Below are positions 62,792 to 64,000 of a stretch of DNA of 64,000 bases, piece after piece; the first letter of the stretch is position 1, and each line of letters opens with the position of its first letter. Made by a program: the position numbers and the translations under genes. Source of the DNA: a virus. The notes beneath the pieces are model-generated. The model was not told the origin of the DNA. It searched no databases and saw only the letters and a list, made by a program, of their open reading frames with translations. The stretch spans positions 29,937-93,936 of the IMG/VR virus record IMGVR_UViG_3300049846_002551. One strand, written 5' to 3'.

Positions 62792-63514
62792 ATGCTCGAC
62801 TTCAAAATCACGCTTAGATGTGCAGACGCGATAGAGTTTCTACAGTCGTTAAAGAAAAATTCAGTGGATATGGTGCTAACTGACCCCCCGTATTGGACTT
62901 TAGACAAACATCGAAATGTGGGAACTACGACTCGTTTAGGTGGTAATGCCAATAAAGCGAAACAAACAGGGTGGTTCAAAACAATTAATCAGGAATACAT
63001 GATGCAAATGCTCGATGAAATTTATCGTGTCCTAAAACCGAATTGTCATGCGTATGTAATGTCCGATGGACAGACATTACGCCACATTTTGAATCATGCT
63101 GATAACAGTAAAACCCCTTTTAAGAATTACAAGCCAATTGTTTGGGATAAAGTGAACCAAGGAATGGGTTACCATTATCGATGCCGACATGAGTTTTTCG
63201 TAATGCTTGATAAGGGTAAAAATCGAAGGTTGAACAGTTTGTCTGTTCCAGATGTTTGGGCTGTTCCGATGATTAAAGGCGGATATTCAACTGAGAAGCC
63301 CGTTTCACTCATGGAGATTCCAATCCTAAACAGCACAGAACCATTAGAACTAGTAGTGGACCCATTTATGGGTGGTGGAAGTGTAGCGATGGCATGCGCC
63401 AAAAATTGCAGGAATTTTTTGGGTTGTGATGTTAGTATGGAAGCAGTGGAGCTTACGCGAAATCGATTGGTTGCGGATTACCGAAAACATGTGGTCGGGT
63501 CACTAGGAGTTTAA
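62792..63514 (+). CDS. N6-adenine/N4-cytosine DNA methyltransferase (beta class)
   Basis: TDPPY precedes TEKP and DPFMGGGS. Confidence 0.9.
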   Translation: MLDFKITLRCADAIEFLQSLKKNSVDMVLTDPPYWTLDKHRNVGTTTRLGGNANKAKQTGWFKTINQEYMMQMLDEIYRVLKPNCHAYVMSDGQTLRHILNHADNSKTPFKNYKPIVWDKVNQGMGYHYRCRHEFFVMLDKGKNRRLNSLSVPDVWAVPMIKGGYSTEKPVSLMEIPILNSTEPLELVVDPFMGGGSVAMACAKNCRNFLGCDVSMEAVELTRNRLVADYRKHVVGSLGV

Positions 63515-63519
63515 AAGAG

Positions 63520-63831
63520 ATGTCATATCGAAATGCGAGTGGTGTAACAATTCACGTTGGGAGAAGTTATAGACTAGCGGATGGATTTGTGGGTCTGGTT
63601 ACAGCGATGACAATTACCATCACGATACACGAAAGTGGGTTGCCGAGCTACCGTCACAAAAAGACGTGTTTGGTCACGCTTCTCGGTGTTGAGAAACGAG
63701 AAGCCTTGCTTGCGTTAAAAGAAGATAGACTCCCATACGTGGGAGAGCGTACTGTTTTAGCTGATGAGATTTGTGCACTTAACGTGAAAAGCAGGCATAA
63801 TGAAGGAACTGCGTTTGATATAAACCTATGA
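63520..63831 (+). CDS. Hypothetical protein
   Basis: ORF with upstream AGGAG. Confidence 0.5.
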   Translation: MSYRNASGVTIHVGRSYRLADGFVGLVTAMTITITIHESGLPSYRHKKTCLVTLLGVEKREALLALKEDRLPYVGERTVLADEICALNVKSRHNEGTAFDINL

Positions 63832-64000
63832 TGAAATATCGATTGAAAATTACAGGTGCTGGAGTTGGGACCATTTTGGAATCTACCGACACTATTGATA
63901 ATTTAAAAAAAGTTTTGACGGCAGGGAATGTAACAGTCGAAACTTGGATTAATACTAATATTCGGACACAAGTGGTCTTTACGTTAGAAGGGTTTTGGTT
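63828..64000 (+). CDS. Hypothetical protein, partial
   Basis: ATGA-coupled ORF (MMKYRLKITGAGVG...) open to window end. Confidence 0.4.
   Translation, partial: MMKYRLKITGAGVGTILESTDTIDNLKKVLTAGNVTVETWINTNIRTQVVFTLEGFW

Noticed and set aside
1-64000. Stop-codon reassignment, DGR/retron, integrase or transposase
   Set aside because: Genes are intact in the standard code with all three stops used; no reverse transcriptase, recombinase or TR/VR pair was seen.

Overview
A 64 kb segment of a large tailed dsDNA phage with siphovirus-like tail genes. Almost all genes are on the + strand and the genetic code is standard. In order: tail module (end of probable major tail gene, tail chaperone with a -1 frameshift, 2430-aa tape measure with lytic transglycosylase, two paralogous tail proteins, LamG tail protein); a glycosyltransferase/methyltransferase cluster; a large replication-recombination module (SF2 helicase, DnaC-like, HIRAN, DnaB, split primase, Hel308/Ski2-like helicase, UDG-fused PolA with a class 3 intein, SSB-like, RecA, three-piece SbcC around SbcD, Hjc-like resolvase); terminase with an intein; class II RNR; LuxR HTH. 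Then comes a ~2.2 kb mostly non-coding RNA island: a GOLLD-like giant RNA with an embedded pseudo-tRNA, several structured RNAs I cannot name, and tRNA-Glu with U37. After it are an M15 endolysin and an early-type region driven by eight copies of a TTGACA-AAACTAC promoter with 18-19 bp spacers. Many genes appear to be leaderless. Several host-like genes hint at an Armatimonadota host (inference). Best candidates for a new system are the ncRNA island with its repeated GTGACA-stem-GARAGA 3' module, the promoter/leaderless programme and the virion-glycosylation-like cluster. All family calls come from motifs recognised by eye; no searches were run.
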